From Deltaproteobacteria bacterium (GTDB lineage: Bacteria; Desulfobacterota; Dissulfuribacteria; Dissulfuribacterales; QOAL01): a stretch of DNA of 64,000 nucleotides. The DNA is taken from NCBI GenBank assembly GCA_026986785.1, contig JALSNW010000044.1, positions 13,520-77,519 on the forward strand, written 5' to 3'. Below, piece after piece: positions 37,302 to 47,193 of the stretch. The first letter of the stretch is position 1, and the number at the start of each line of letters is the position of its first letter. The translations under genes and the position numbers were made by a program. The notes beneath the pieces were generated by a model. It was given only the letters and a program-made list of their open reading frames with translations. It had not been told where the DNA came from and ran no database searches.

Positions 37302-38648
37302 GTGCGAATAATGATAGTTGGGGCTGGGCAGGTTGGCCAGTACCTGTGTGAAAAATTTTCATCGGAAGGACAGGAAGTAGTCCTGGTCGACAAAAACGAA
37401 AAAAAACTACAAAGACTGGAAAGGGAACTCAACATACTGACCGTGACAGGAAGCGGGGCATCTGCCCGGGTATTGGCAGAGGCTGGCATCTCCAAGACAG
37501 ACCTTTTCATAGCTGTCACGGATAGCGATGAGGTAAATCTCGTCGCATGCTTCGTATCCCGGCATTATAGCGTGAAGACCAGAATAGCCAGGGTCAGGAG
37601 CGAGGAACTCCTGATGCCAGATTCTCTTCTAAACGAAGAGGTCCTTGGAATAGACCTCATCATCAGTCCCGACTGGGCAATGGCAGAGGAGATCATCAAG
37701 CTCATACAAGCCTCGGAGGCCTTTGACACGGCAGAATTTTCAGATGGGCAGGTCTTGCTCCTGGGATATATAGTCCATGAGAATCACCCCTTTATTGGTA
37801 AATCCCTATATGAAATAGGCACCATCTCCCAGGACATAAAATATGTCATGGCAGCGATAATCCGACAGGGAGAGACCATCATACCGAGAGGGGAAGATGT
37901 CATCCAGGCAGGGGACAAGATCTATCTCATGATGCTCAAGAGCGATATGGCCAAGGTGGAAAGACTCTTCAACTTTTCGAGTAGACTACCAAACAGCATC
38001 TTCATAATAGGGGGAGGGGATATAGGCTACATGGTGGCACGCCAACTGGAAGAGACCTCCATAGAGATAAAAATAGTAGAGATGGACCCCAAAAGGTGTG
38101 AATTCCTCTCTGAAAACCTGGCTCATTCCATAGTCTTGAACATGGACGGCCTGGATGCCCAGGCCCTGTTAGAAGAAGGCATAGACAGGGCAGATCTTGT
38201 GATAGCAGTCACCCGTTCTGCCACAACAAATATACTCGGCTCCCTTTTGGCCAAACACCACGGCACCAAACGATGCATTGCAAAGATCACTCGTCATGAC
38301 TTCATCCCCATGCTAGACAAGCTTGGCATAGACGTGGCATTGAGCCCAAGGCAGGTAGCAGCAGACATGATCATCCGCTATGTGCGCCGTGCAGATATAA
38401 TTTCTGTGGCCACCATACTGGATACAGACGCAGAGGTCATAGAGGTCACAGTTCCTGAATCAAAACGTTTCGACAACGTGGCATTAAAAGACCTGAAGGT
38501 GCCTGCTGGTGCCCTTGTCGGGGCCGTTGTAAGGCAAGGGAGGGCATTTATTCCCTCTGGAGATAGCGTGATCGAACCAGGGGACAATCTCGTTATCTTT
38601 TTCACCAGAGAGGCTGCCAGAAAGGTCGAGGAATTCTTTCAGGCCTGA
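37302..38648 (+). CDS. trkA: Trk potassium uptake regulatory subunit TrkA
   Basis: Two RCK units, IVGAGQVG and IIGGGDIG; AVTDSDEVN. Confidence 0.95.
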   Translation: MRIMIVGAGQVGQYLCEKFSSEGQEVVLVDKNEKKLQRLERELNILTVTGSGASARVLAEAGISKTDLFIAVTDSDEVNLVACFVSRHYSVKTRIARVRSEELLMPDSLLNEEVLGIDLIISPDWAMAEEIIKLIQASEAFDTAEFSDGQVLLLGYIVHENHPFIGKSLYEIGTISQDIKYVMAAIIRQGETIIPRGEDVIQAGDKIYLMMLKSDMAKVERLFNFSSRLPNSIFIIGGGDIGYMVARQLEETSIEIKIVEMDPKRCEFLSENLAHSIVLNMDGLDAQALLEEGIDRADLVIAVTRSATTNILGSLLAKHHGTKRCIAKITRHDFIPMLDKLGIDVALSPRQVAADMIIRYVRRADIISVATILDTDAEVIEVTVPESKRFDNVALKDLKVPAGALVGAVVRQGRAFIPSGDSVIEPGDNLVIFFTREAARKVEEFFQA

Positions 38649-38783
38649 TGCACACATACAGCGAGCTCTTGGCCAAGCCATGAACTGTGAATATCCTGAG
38701 CATATACCTTCTCTTTTATTCAATGCCATTATGACCTTGACAGGGGGAAAAATATTTATCCAAATGAGGATCAAGGGGGTGCC

Positions 38784-40280
38784 ATGCGTCTCGGCGGTGT
38801 ATTGAACCTACTTGGAAGGCTCCTGATCGTGCTTTCGTTGATGCTTCTCACACCTGTCCCCTTTTCCTTTTATTTCCAGGACGGGATGATATCGGCTTTT
38901 CTCATCTGTTCTGGACTCGGACTTGCCATAGGGGCAGGACTTGTCCTGTTGTTTCTCCCAGAAAAAGAGCTCCACTTCAAAGATGGTTTTGCCATAGTAG
39001 CATTCAGCTGGCTGTTCCTGGCCCTCCTTGGGGCCCTGCCCTATTATATCTCCGGATGGATACCCTCCTTCATAGATGCCTTTTTCGAATCTATGTCAGG
39101 GTTTACCACCACTGGCTCCACTATCCTATCGAACATAGAGATACTCCCCAAAAGCCTCCTCTTCTGGAGGACCATGACCCACTGGCTCGGAGGCATGGGG
39201 ATAATTGTCTTGACCCTTGCCATCCTTCCCCTTCTCGGAATTGGAGGGATGCAGCTCTTCCAGGCAGAGGTCCCTGGCCCCACCAAGGAGAGACTCACCC
39301 CGAGAATCCAGGATACTGCCCGCATACTCTGGTCCGTGTATTTGCTCATGACAGCTGTTGAAACAGGTCTTCTCATGCTTGGCGGTGTCGACTTCTTTCA
39401 CGCTGTCACCCATTCCTTTGCCACCTTGGCCACAGGAGGATTCTCCAATTACAATACCTCTATTGCCCATTATCAGTCCACCTATGTCCAGATGGTTGTC
39501 ATCCTGTTCATGTTCCTGGCGGGTGCAAACTTTTCACTTCACTACCTGGCCCTCAAAGGAGATCTGCGGGCATATTGGAAAAACGAGGAGTTCAGGTTTT
39601 ATTTCTATATACTTGCCTGGGCCGTGTTTTTCATCTTTGTTGCAAATCATCTGACCCATACCTATACGGATTTAATACAGAATTTCAAAGATACCCTGTT
39701 CCAGACCGTCTCCATTATGACCACTACCGGATTTGGAACAGCCGATTTCGACAAATGGCCCCCCTTTGCCAGGCTGCTCCTGGTGACCTTGATGTTCATA
39801 GGAGGGTGTGCCGGTTCCACGGGTGGGGGGATCAAGGTGGTCAGATGCCTCCTGTTTTTCAAGTATGCCCGATCCCAACTTCATAGGCTTGTACATCCAA
39901 GGCAGGTGGAGACCATAAAACTTGGGAAGATGAGGGTGCCCCAGGACGTTATGATTGCCATACTGAGCTTTTTTGCAATCTATATTGCTGTATTCATCTC
40001 AGCCAGCCTGCTGGTGACCGCCCTTGGGGTTGACATTGTTACAGGGCCTTCTGCAGTCATTGCAACACTGAACAACATAGGCCCTGGTCTTCATTTGGTT
40101 GGCCCAACCCAGAACTACGGCCATTTACCCCCCCTTGCAAAGCTGGTGCTTATATTTTGCATGTTGGCAGGACGGCTCGAGCTCTATACAGTGGCCATCT
40201 TCCTGGTTCCAGGCTTCTGGAAGATGACAAGGGCCCCTCGACTTCGCTGGAGCCTTGCTGCCAGGAAAAAACAGGCATGA
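38784..40280 (+). CDS. trkH: Trk potassium uptake membrane subunit TrkH
   Basis: FESMSGFTTTG, WLGGMG, ATGGFS, TTTGF, GSTGGGIK, NNIGPG, GRLE. Confidence 0.95.
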   Translation: MRLGGVLNLLGRLLIVLSLMLLTPVPFSFYFQDGMISAFLICSGLGLAIGAGLVLLFLPEKELHFKDGFAIVAFSWLFLALLGALPYYISGWIPSFIDAFFESMSGFTTTGSTILSNIEILPKSLLFWRTMTHWLGGMGIIVLTLAILPLLGIGGMQLFQAEVPGPTKERLTPRIQDTARILWSVYLLMTAVETGLLMLGGVDFFHAVTHSFATLATGGFSNYNTSIAHYQSTYVQMVVILFMFLAGANFSLHYLALKGDLRAYWKNEEFRFYFYILAWAVFFIFVANHLTHTYTDLIQNFKDTLFQTVSIMTTTGFGTADFDKWPPFARLLLVTLMFIGGCAGSTGGGIKVVRCLLFFKYARSQLHRLVHPRQVETIKLGKMRVPQDVMIAILSFFAIYIAVFISASLLVTALGVDIVTGPSAVIATLNNIGPGLHLVGPTQNYGHLPPLAKLVLIFCMLAGRLELYTVAIFLVPGFWKMTRAPRLRWSLAARKKQA

Positions 40281-40354
40281 AACGAAAAAGACCTTGCTGA
40301 TGGAGAGGACTTTTTACCAAAAGAGCAACCTTGGTCTCCCAACTTTTTTGAGAT

Positions 40355-41887
40355 CTATATCCCAAAAAGCAACTCGGCCTTTTTTTGCAGATATCCCAAA
40401 AAGCACTGGCAATCTGGAGGACTACCTGTAATCTCCTCGACAAGCTGTCTTGACCTGTAGCGCTGGCCCTGGGCATAGATCTTTTCCCTGAGCCAGGAAA
40501 GCAGGCGACCAAATTCACCTTTTTTGAAATCTTCCCTCAGGCCAGGCATGTCCTTCAGTGCTGCATCGAATATCATGGCTGAATAGATATTACCCAGGGT
40601 ATAGGTGGGGAAATAGCCAAAGGCGGCCCCGGACCAATGTACATCTTGGAGACATCCCCTGCTGTCATCAGGCACCTTCATGTCAAAGATATCCTCGAAA
40701 AGCTCATTCCACCTGGCAGGGATATCATGGACCTCGATCTGGCCATTGATGATCTCTTTCTCAAGTTGAAACCTGAGAAAGATGTGAAGATTGTATGTAA
40801 CTTCATCGGCCTCTACCCTTATGAAAGAAGGCTGCACGCGATTTATTGCCTGGACAAAACCCACAAGATCCATATCCTTGAGGGCCACTGGGAATATCCC
40901 CTTTGCTACGGGCAGGAAATATTCCCAGAATTCCATGCTCCTGCCCAGTATGTTCTCATAAAGCCTGGACTGAGATTCATGTATGCCCAGGGAGACCGAA
41001 TCTCCCAAAGGGGTCCCATAGGCCTCTGCAGGCAAATTCTGACTGTAAAGACCATGGCCTGCTTCGTGCAACACCCCGAAGATGGCCTCGGTAAAGTCTT
41101 TTTCATTCCATCTCGTTGTGATTCTCACGTCTCCTGGGCCGATCCTGGTGGAAAAGGGATGGACCACGGTGTCAAGGCGACCTGCAGAGAAATCGTAGCC
41201 TATCCTCGTAGCCATGAGCTTGGCCAGGACTTTCTGGGAATCTATAGGAAAATTCCCTGCAATCTTGGATCCTCCGGATCCCTTGGAGAGTATAGAAGAT
41301 AGTATTTCCTTCAGCCCTGGCACGAGTCGGGCAAAAAGTGCCTCTATATTCGCGCTCCTTTCATCTGGCTCATAGATATCCAGGAGGGCATCGTACATAT
41401 TTTCTTCAAAGCCGAGATAGATAGCCTTTTTCCTTGAAAGTTCCACCAACCTTACAAGATGGGGTTCAAACAAAGAAAAGTCAGAAGCCGTCCGGGCCTT
41501 CACCCAGGCACCGTGGGCAAGAACCTTTTCATAGGACAACTCCTTGACGAGCCCTTCTGGGAGTCTTACTGCCTGATCATGGCTCCGTTTCCATTCCCTC
41601 AGGTTTACAGACAGGTCGCTGTATGGGGCCATATCTCCTGCCTGCTCATACAGCCGAGCTATCATTTGTCCTATCTCCTCGTCCACGAGCATGGAATGAG
41701 CTATTGCAGTAACAGTGGATATCTGATCTGCTCTATGCTTTTGACCGGAATCGGGCATGTTGGTTTCCTGATCCCAGGCAAGAAGGCTTGCCGTACTCTT
41801 CAAAAAGGCTATCTTCCTGAATATTTTACAAAGTTTCCGGTATTCTCTGTTTTTTTCCATGGTATTTTCTTTCCTTTTTGTTTCCAT
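40355..41887 (-). CDS. Carboxypeptidase Taq (M32)
   Basis: WDQET, HPF, DVRITT, HEAGH, HESQ, IRVEADE, GCLQDVHW, GYFPTY; start 41887 or 41860. Confidence 0.95.
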   Translation of the reverse strand: METKRKENTMEKNREYRKLCKIFRKIAFLKSTASLLAWDQETNMPDSGQKHRADQISTVTAIAHSMLVDEEIGQMIARLYEQAGDMAPYSDLSVNLREWKRSHDQAVRLPEGLVKELSYEKVLAHGAWVKARTASDFSLFEPHLVRLVELSRKKAIYLGFEENMYDALLDIYEPDERSANIEALFARLVPGLKEILSSILSKGSGGSKIAGNFPIDSQKVLAKLMATRIGYDFSAGRLDTVVHPFSTRIGPGDVRITTRWNEKDFTEAIFGVLHEAGHGLYSQNLPAEAYGTPLGDSVSLGIHESQSRLYENILGRSMEFWEYFLPVAKGIFPVALKDMDLVGFVQAINRVQPSFIRVEADEVTYNLHIFLRFQLEKEIINGQIEVHDIPARWNELFEDIFDMKVPDDSRGCLQDVHWSGAAFGYFPTYTLGNIYSAMIFDAALKDMPGLREDFKKGEFGRLLSWLREKIYAQGQRYRSRQLVEEITGSPPDCQCFLGYLQKKAELLFGI

Positions 41888-41972
41888 GCCGCCACGTACA
41901 ATGCTATCCTCATAGCAGGATGAAAATGGCGGATTCACTACTAATAATATACCATTGGAGGGAAAACAGGCC

Positions 41973-42638
41973 ATGGAAAGAAAAAAATTCAGGGCTGCCA
42001 TCTTTGACCTGGATGGTACACTTCTCGACACACTTGAAGATATTGCCAGGTCCATGAATAGGACCTTGGCAAAATACGGCCTGCCTACACATCCCATTGA
42101 CAAATACCGCTTTTTTGTAGGAGATGGGGCCAGGATCCTGGTGCAAAGGACCCTACCCGAATCCCACGCTCAAGACCAGGGTTTCGTGTCCAAGTGCCTT
42201 GAGGATTTTCTGACAGATTATGGGGCCAACTGGGATAAAAATGCCAAACTGTATCCGGGCATTGCTACAATGCTCGATGGCCTGACAATAGCTGGCATCA
42301 AGATGGGGGTACTTTCAAACAAGCCCCACGCTTTCACCAAACTCTGCGTGGAGAGATTCATGGGCAGGTGGCATTTTCAGGCTGTCTTTGGTGAACGCCC
42401 TGGAACAAAGAGAAAACCCTCTCCTGAAGGTGCCCTGGAAATAGCCGACATCATGGCGATAGGGCCTGAAAATTTTGTCTACTTAGGAGATACATCCATT
42501 GATATGAAAACAGCTATTGGCGCTGGAATGTTCCCTGTGGGGGTATTGTGGGGTTTTAGAGATGAGAGGGAACTCAGAGAGGCAGGGGCCAAACTTTTGA
42601 TACGCAAGCCCATTGAGTTGTTGAATTTTTTGGAATAG
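41973..42638 (+). CDS. HAD phosphatase (phosphoglycolate phosphatase-like)
   Basis: FDLDGTLLD, LSNK, KP.P, LGDT..D. Confidence 0.9.
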   Translation: MERKKFRAAIFDLDGTLLDTLEDIARSMNRTLAKYGLPTHPIDKYRFFVGDGARILVQRTLPESHAQDQGFVSKCLEDFLTDYGANWDKNAKLYPGIATMLDGLTIAGIKMGVLSNKPHAFTKLCVERFMGRWHFQAVFGERPGTKRKPSPEGALEIADIMAIGPENFVYLGDTSIDMKTAIGAGMFPVGVLWGFRDERELREAGAKLLIRKPIELLNFLE

Positions 42639-42915
42639 GCCTCTGATTAAGCCTCATGTTCCGTGCCTCGACACCATTTTCCCCCTTTTTTAATCCCTCG
42701 ACGCAATCCCAACGAATCCGTTTTCACAGACTGGATGCCTCGTGGAGATTGGCCAACACCTCTGATTCAAGTTCTAATTTTTACAATCGTAATGACCTCT
42801 TGACAAGGGCTATATAGCGCTCTAACTATGCTTTTGTTCCAAGGTTTGGGCGTAAAAACAGGAACTTATTTTCACATGCTCCACGGACTGTAAAGGAAGT
42901 TATTTTATCATCTAA

Positions 42916-43950
42916 ATGGAAAAGGATATCATCAACCAAAGGAAGGCAGTTTTTCGACCAATAGAACTCGCCATCAAAAATCGTCGTTTGGCTGGTAAGC
43001 GTCACGATTTTTTCAAGGAGACATTCCCTGCACGCAAGGCATATTCAGAGGAGCTCAAACGCGATCTGGACGAAATCATGCATGCCATAATAGAGGAAGA
43101 CTCCATGAAAAATGTACTTTCTCTTTTGGGCACGAAATATGCTATAGAGCGCACCTTGCTGGCTGAAGAACGAAACATCATGGCAGAGGAACGGAATCTG
43201 CTCGGAGAAAAACGCTCCCACAGATCCCAGGTCAGGACAGAGCTTGCAGAAAAGAGAAGTGGCCTTTCCCGCATCCGCACGCTTCTTGCCAGACAGAGGA
43301 CCTTCTTGGCGGAAAAGCGCACCACCATGTCCCAGCAACGAACGTCTCTGGCAAAGGCCCGTACCGAATTAGCCTTTATCAGAACAGGGGTTGCCATGAT
43401 TGCCCTTGGCAGTGCCCTGGCCAGGTATTTTGGTATCGGCTGGTGGTCCATAATGGATGGCAGCATAATGCTGCTCGGTATAGTCATGGTGGGACTTGGT
43501 ATCTATTTCTATCTGCCAACGAGGAAGGAAGAAGAGCGCCTAATCGATATCATGAGGCAGAAAGAGGAAGAGCTCATGCGTCGCAAGCCCCACATATTGA
43601 TAATCGACGATGATCTGGCATCCTGTAACATGCTAAAGATATATCTGAAAAAATCTGGATATGACGTGGATGCATTCACAAGTCCACATGTAGCCAAGCA
43701 AAAACTCGAGGCCAGCCAATATGATGTGGTCATCACAGACATGATGATGGAAGGGATGACCGGGACAGAGATATTACGACTTGTCAAAAGAATCTCACCC
43801 CAGACTCAAGTGATAATGATCACCCAGATGGGAGAGCAGTTTATAGAGGATGTCAAAGACGAACTCTTTGCTTATTTTTCAAAACCTGTCGATGTCAAGA
43901 AGTTAGAGACCACTGTCAAAAAGGCCATAGAAGAACGAATTTTGGTTTAG
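42916..43950 (+). CDS. DUF202-type heptad-repeat membrane protein fused to a C-terminal receiver domain
   Basis: Twelve xR(T/S/N) heptads ending ..ARTELAFIRTG, two TM helices, REC (IIDDD, ITDMMM, IT, SKP). Confidence 0.8.
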   Translation: MEKDIINQRKAVFRPIELAIKNRRLAGKRHDFFKETFPARKAYSEELKRDLDEIMHAIIEEDSMKNVLSLLGTKYAIERTLLAEERNIMAEERNLLGEKRSHRSQVRTELAEKRSGLSRIRTLLARQRTFLAEKRTTMSQQRTSLAKARTELAFIRTGVAMIALGSALARYFGIGWWSIMDGSIMLLGIVMVGLGIYFYLPTRKEEERLIDIMRQKEEELMRRKPHILIIDDDLASCNMLKIYLKKSGYDVDAFTSPHVAKQKLEASQYDVVITDMMMEGMTGTEILRLVKRISPQTQVIMITQMGEQFIEDVKDELFAYFSKPVDVKKLETTVKKAIEERILV

Positions 43951-43962
43951 GGGAATCATACA

Positions 43963-46530
43963 ATGATCAGATTATGGAAATCATTACATAATTGGAAAAA
44001 GGTGAAAGAAACTGGTGCTGAGCAGATCATTCGTCAAAAATATGAGGCATTTCTAACCATATTGGCAGAAAATGCACATGCCCTGGAACTGATGACAGAG
44101 CTGGAGAAGAAGCTTGTGGAAAAACAGCTCATCAGCATACCCTATTTGAAAAACATGGTCAAAAATCTCTCTCTTAGCATCTTCAATGTGGTGGACAACC
44201 TCGAAAAGCTGTCTGGAGGCCGATACACAAAATTGAACGATGTGTATGACCATATCGAAAGAGAGATAAGGACCATATTGTCTGGGACCACAATCCCCAT
44301 CTATACCCCCCAAATCATTCCCATGCATGATATCCACAAATGGCACATAGACAAGGTCGGCAGCAAGATGGCCAATCTCGGCGAATTGCGCAATCACTGC
44401 AACATACCCGTACCAGATGGATTTGGAATAACTGCCTGTGCATACACCCATTTCGCCGAATACAACAACCTGGAAAAGAAAATCAACCGCATCCTGACCC
44501 ATCTCGATATTGCGAACGGCCAGCAACTTCTTAGGGCTGAAAAAGAGGTCAAGAGAATCATCCTCCAGGCAGTCATACCCCCTGAAATCGAAGATGCTGT
44601 CAAAAAGGCCAGCAAAGAATTGGAACAGAGGCATGGAAGGCCTATCTTTTGGGCCGTTCGAAGCAGTGCAATAGGTGAAGATCGGGAAAATTCATTTGCA
44701 GGCCAGTTTTCGAGCATTCTAAATGTGTCCACGGAAGAGATATTGGACAAATACAAAGAGGTGGTTGCCAGCAAATACAATGCACGAAACATCTTGTACC
44801 AACGCATGAAGGAGATAAGGATCGAGGATGTCAATATGAGCGTGGCCGTCATGGAAATGATCCAACCGGTGTGCTCCGGGGTCATGTATACCGTAGAGCC
44901 CATGCATCCAGATTCTGAAGAGATGATTATTACCGGAATATGGGGATTGGGTGAGTTGCTCGTAGATGGCGTCTTGTCCGGTGACATGTTTATCGTAAAG
45001 AAAGATGCAGACTTTACCGTGCTGAAAGAAGAAATCGCACAAAAGGAAATGCGTCTCCGGTCCGTGGAACAGGGAGGGGTGGAATACGAGATGCTCTCTG
45101 ATGAGGATTCACAAAAACCATGTCTTACCAAGGAACAGCTGAAACTTCTGGCAGAGACAGGAGTCAAGATCGAAAAACACTTCAAGGCCCCCCAGGACAT
45201 AGAATGGTGTTTCGATCAGAAAGGTCATCTCGTCATACTCCAGACAAGACCTCTCCACATACTGGAGCATGGGGAACGGCGCAAGCTGACATCACCCATC
45301 AAGGCACCTATAATTGCAAAAGGTGGCCGTGCAGTCGTTGGCGGTGTGGGCTCTGGAATAGTAGTAAAGGTATCAGATATCCATGAAGTCTTTGGGTTTC
45401 CAGAAGGGGCTATCATGGTCATCAGGAATTCTTCTCCAGGTTTTATAGGGGCACTGAGAAAGGCAGCCGCAGTAATAGTAGAAAAAGGAAATCGTACCGA
45501 TCACATGTCTTCTGTGGCAAGGGAATTAAACGTACCCTGCGTAGTGAAGGTCCCCTCTATTTTTTCCATTCTGGAAGACGGTCAACGGGTCACAGTGGAC
45601 GCCACGGAAGGGATCATCTATAAAGGAGAGGTCCCAGAGTTGATAAATGCAGATGCTGTGGTCATCAAAAACCCTACCACTGAAGTGACCAAAACAGAAT
45701 CATACCGACTGCTGGCAAAGATTGCAGATTATATCTTCCCCCTGCACCTGACAGATCCAAGGATGAGTAATTTCCGTGAAAGTGCTTGCCAAACCTTCCA
45801 CGACATATTGCGCTTCTGTCACGAAACAGCCCTGAACGAAATGTTTATGCTGAGGGAAAAGGGCCCAGTAAAGACGATAAGAAATGTATACAGGATCGCC
45901 ACCGACCTTCCATTCAAATTGTTTGTATTCGATATGTTTGGCAACACGGTAAAGGGCCCCCAAGGTAAAGAGATAAGGCCGGAGGATATCTATTCTCTCC
46001 CCTTCCAGGAGTTGTGGAAAGGGATGGCCGCATCGGATGTCACATGGAACGGACCGGAACAGCACATGGGTACCACCAAGGACATGCTTTCGGCAATGAT
46101 GCGTACGAGTGCCATAGAAACCCAACCAGAAAGGGCGAAGAGTTTTGCCGTCGTCACGCCGGAATACATGAACTTGAGCCTGAGCATGGGATATCACTAC
46201 GTTACATTGGACTGTTATATCTCGGACGATCCTTACAACAACTATATCTCCATGTCCTTCAAGGGAGGGGCGGCAGAGACCAAAAGAAGACAGTTGAGAA
46301 TCATGCTGATCTCAGAGATCCTGAAACCCCTGGGTTTTGACGTCAGGGTTAAAAACGATTTCCTAAAGGCCAGGATCAAGGCAGAGAGCAAGAAGGAATT
46401 ATCGGAAAAAATCCGTGTAATAGGGCGAATGCTTGCTGTCACCAGGCTATTGGACATGGCCCTTAAAGACGAACGTATGGTAAAGGAATGTGTTGACAGA
46501 TTCCATGCCCACCAACCCCTGATATGCTGA
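43963..46530 (+). CDS. PEP-synthase/PPDK-like dikinase with non-canonical C-terminal domain
   Basis: VGSKMANLGEL, VPDGF, AVRSSA..ED..SFAGQF, QDIEW, LQTRP ATP-grasp motifs; swivel His domain TDHMSSVARE; no PEP/pyruvate TIM-barrel motifs recognised. Confidence 0.85.
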   Translation: MIRLWKSLHNWKKVKETGAEQIIRQKYEAFLTILAENAHALELMTELEKKLVEKQLISIPYLKNMVKNLSLSIFNVVDNLEKLSGGRYTKLNDVYDHIEREIRTILSGTTIPIYTPQIIPMHDIHKWHIDKVGSKMANLGELRNHCNIPVPDGFGITACAYTHFAEYNNLEKKINRILTHLDIANGQQLLRAEKEVKRIILQAVIPPEIEDAVKKASKELEQRHGRPIFWAVRSSAIGEDRENSFAGQFSSILNVSTEEILDKYKEVVASKYNARNILYQRMKEIRIEDVNMSVAVMEMIQPVCSGVMYTVEPMHPDSEEMIITGIWGLGELLVDGVLSGDMFIVKKDADFTVLKEEIAQKEMRLRSVEQGGVEYEMLSDEDSQKPCLTKEQLKLLAETGVKIEKHFKAPQDIEWCFDQKGHLVILQTRPLHILEHGERRKLTSPIKAPIIAKGGRAVVGGVGSGIVVKVSDIHEVFGFPEGAIMVIRNSSPGFIGALRKAAAVIVEKGNRTDHMSSVARELNVPCVVKVPSIFSILEDGQRVTVDATEGIIYKGEVPELINADAVVIKNPTTEVTKTESYRLLAKIADYIFPLHLTDPRMSNFRESACQTFHDILRFCHETALNEMFMLREKGPVKTIRNVYRIATDLPFKLFVFDMFGNTVKGPQGKEIRPEDIYSLPFQELWKGMAASDVTWNGPEQHMGTTKDMLSAMMRTSAIETQPERAKSFAVVTPEYMNLSLSMGYHYVTLDCYISDDPYNNYISMSFKGGAAETKRRQLRIMLISEILKPLGFDVRVKNDFLKARIKAESKKELSEKIRVIGRMLAVTRLLDMALKDERMVKECVDRFHAHQPLIC

Positions 46531-46632
46531 GTTGATTTCCCTTTGAGGGGCAGAAAAAAACCAAGACGTGTCTGCCCCTCTCTTTTCTACATTTTGTAGA
46601 GTCTTTTTCCTGTGCCAGGAAACCTTGACAGA

Positions 46633-47193
46633 CTATTTTCTCACCCAACTTCCAGATGGCCTTTGTATAAAGGTTCCCCTTGGGGCAGTCTTTTGCCATT
46701 CTGTGGCAAATATCTTCTGCACCCTCACAATCTGGGATGAAGGGATATTCAGGCTCTGGGCCACAGCCCTGTAAAGGGCCATACGATCACTGTTTTCTGC
46801 ATTCACCAATCGTTTGAGCTCAGCCTTTTTCTTGAGTCCGAGCCCTTTGTCACTTCTTATAACCAACAATCCATTTGCCCCTTCCCCTACAAAACCGCCC
46901 TTTAGATAGGGCGCCAAAGAGGGGTACCTGGCCTTCATCCTCACCTTGAGTTGCCGTATAGTGGCATTTGACACAGTAAGCTCTCCGGCAGCATAGGCCT
47001 GGCTTTCAAAGAAGAGCCACGATGTTGGCCCCTTTTCAAGATCTTGGTCTTGCTGACTGCCCCTGACATCTTTTGCAATATCCTCGGCCGCCTGCTTCAC
47101 CTCTGCTGCTGGAAAATATATGTTGACTGTCACACAAGCCGTTATCAAAAAGGCCAACAGCCCTACCATATACTTGGTATTTACAGATCTCAT
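46633..47193 (-). CDS. Lipoprotein, YdbL/DUF1318 family with YnbE-like N-terminus
   Basis: LITAC lipobox, CVTVNIYFP, VGEGANGLL...AENSDR.ALY, G.FIQ.PSG.W..K. Confidence 0.8.
   Translation of the reverse strand: MRSVNTKYMVGLLAFLITACVTVNIYFPAAEVKQAAEDIAKDVRGSQQDQDLEKGPTSWLFFESQAYAAGELTVSNATIRQLKVRMKARYPSLAPYLKGGFVGEGANGLLVIRSDKGLGLKKKAELKRLVNAENSDRMALYRAVAQSLNIPSSQIVRVQKIFATEWQKTAPRGTFIQRPSGSWVRK

Noticed and set aside
41888..42103. N-terminal extension of the M32 ORF
   Set aside because: Overlaps the divergent HAD gene; the family-like sequence begins near 41860-41887
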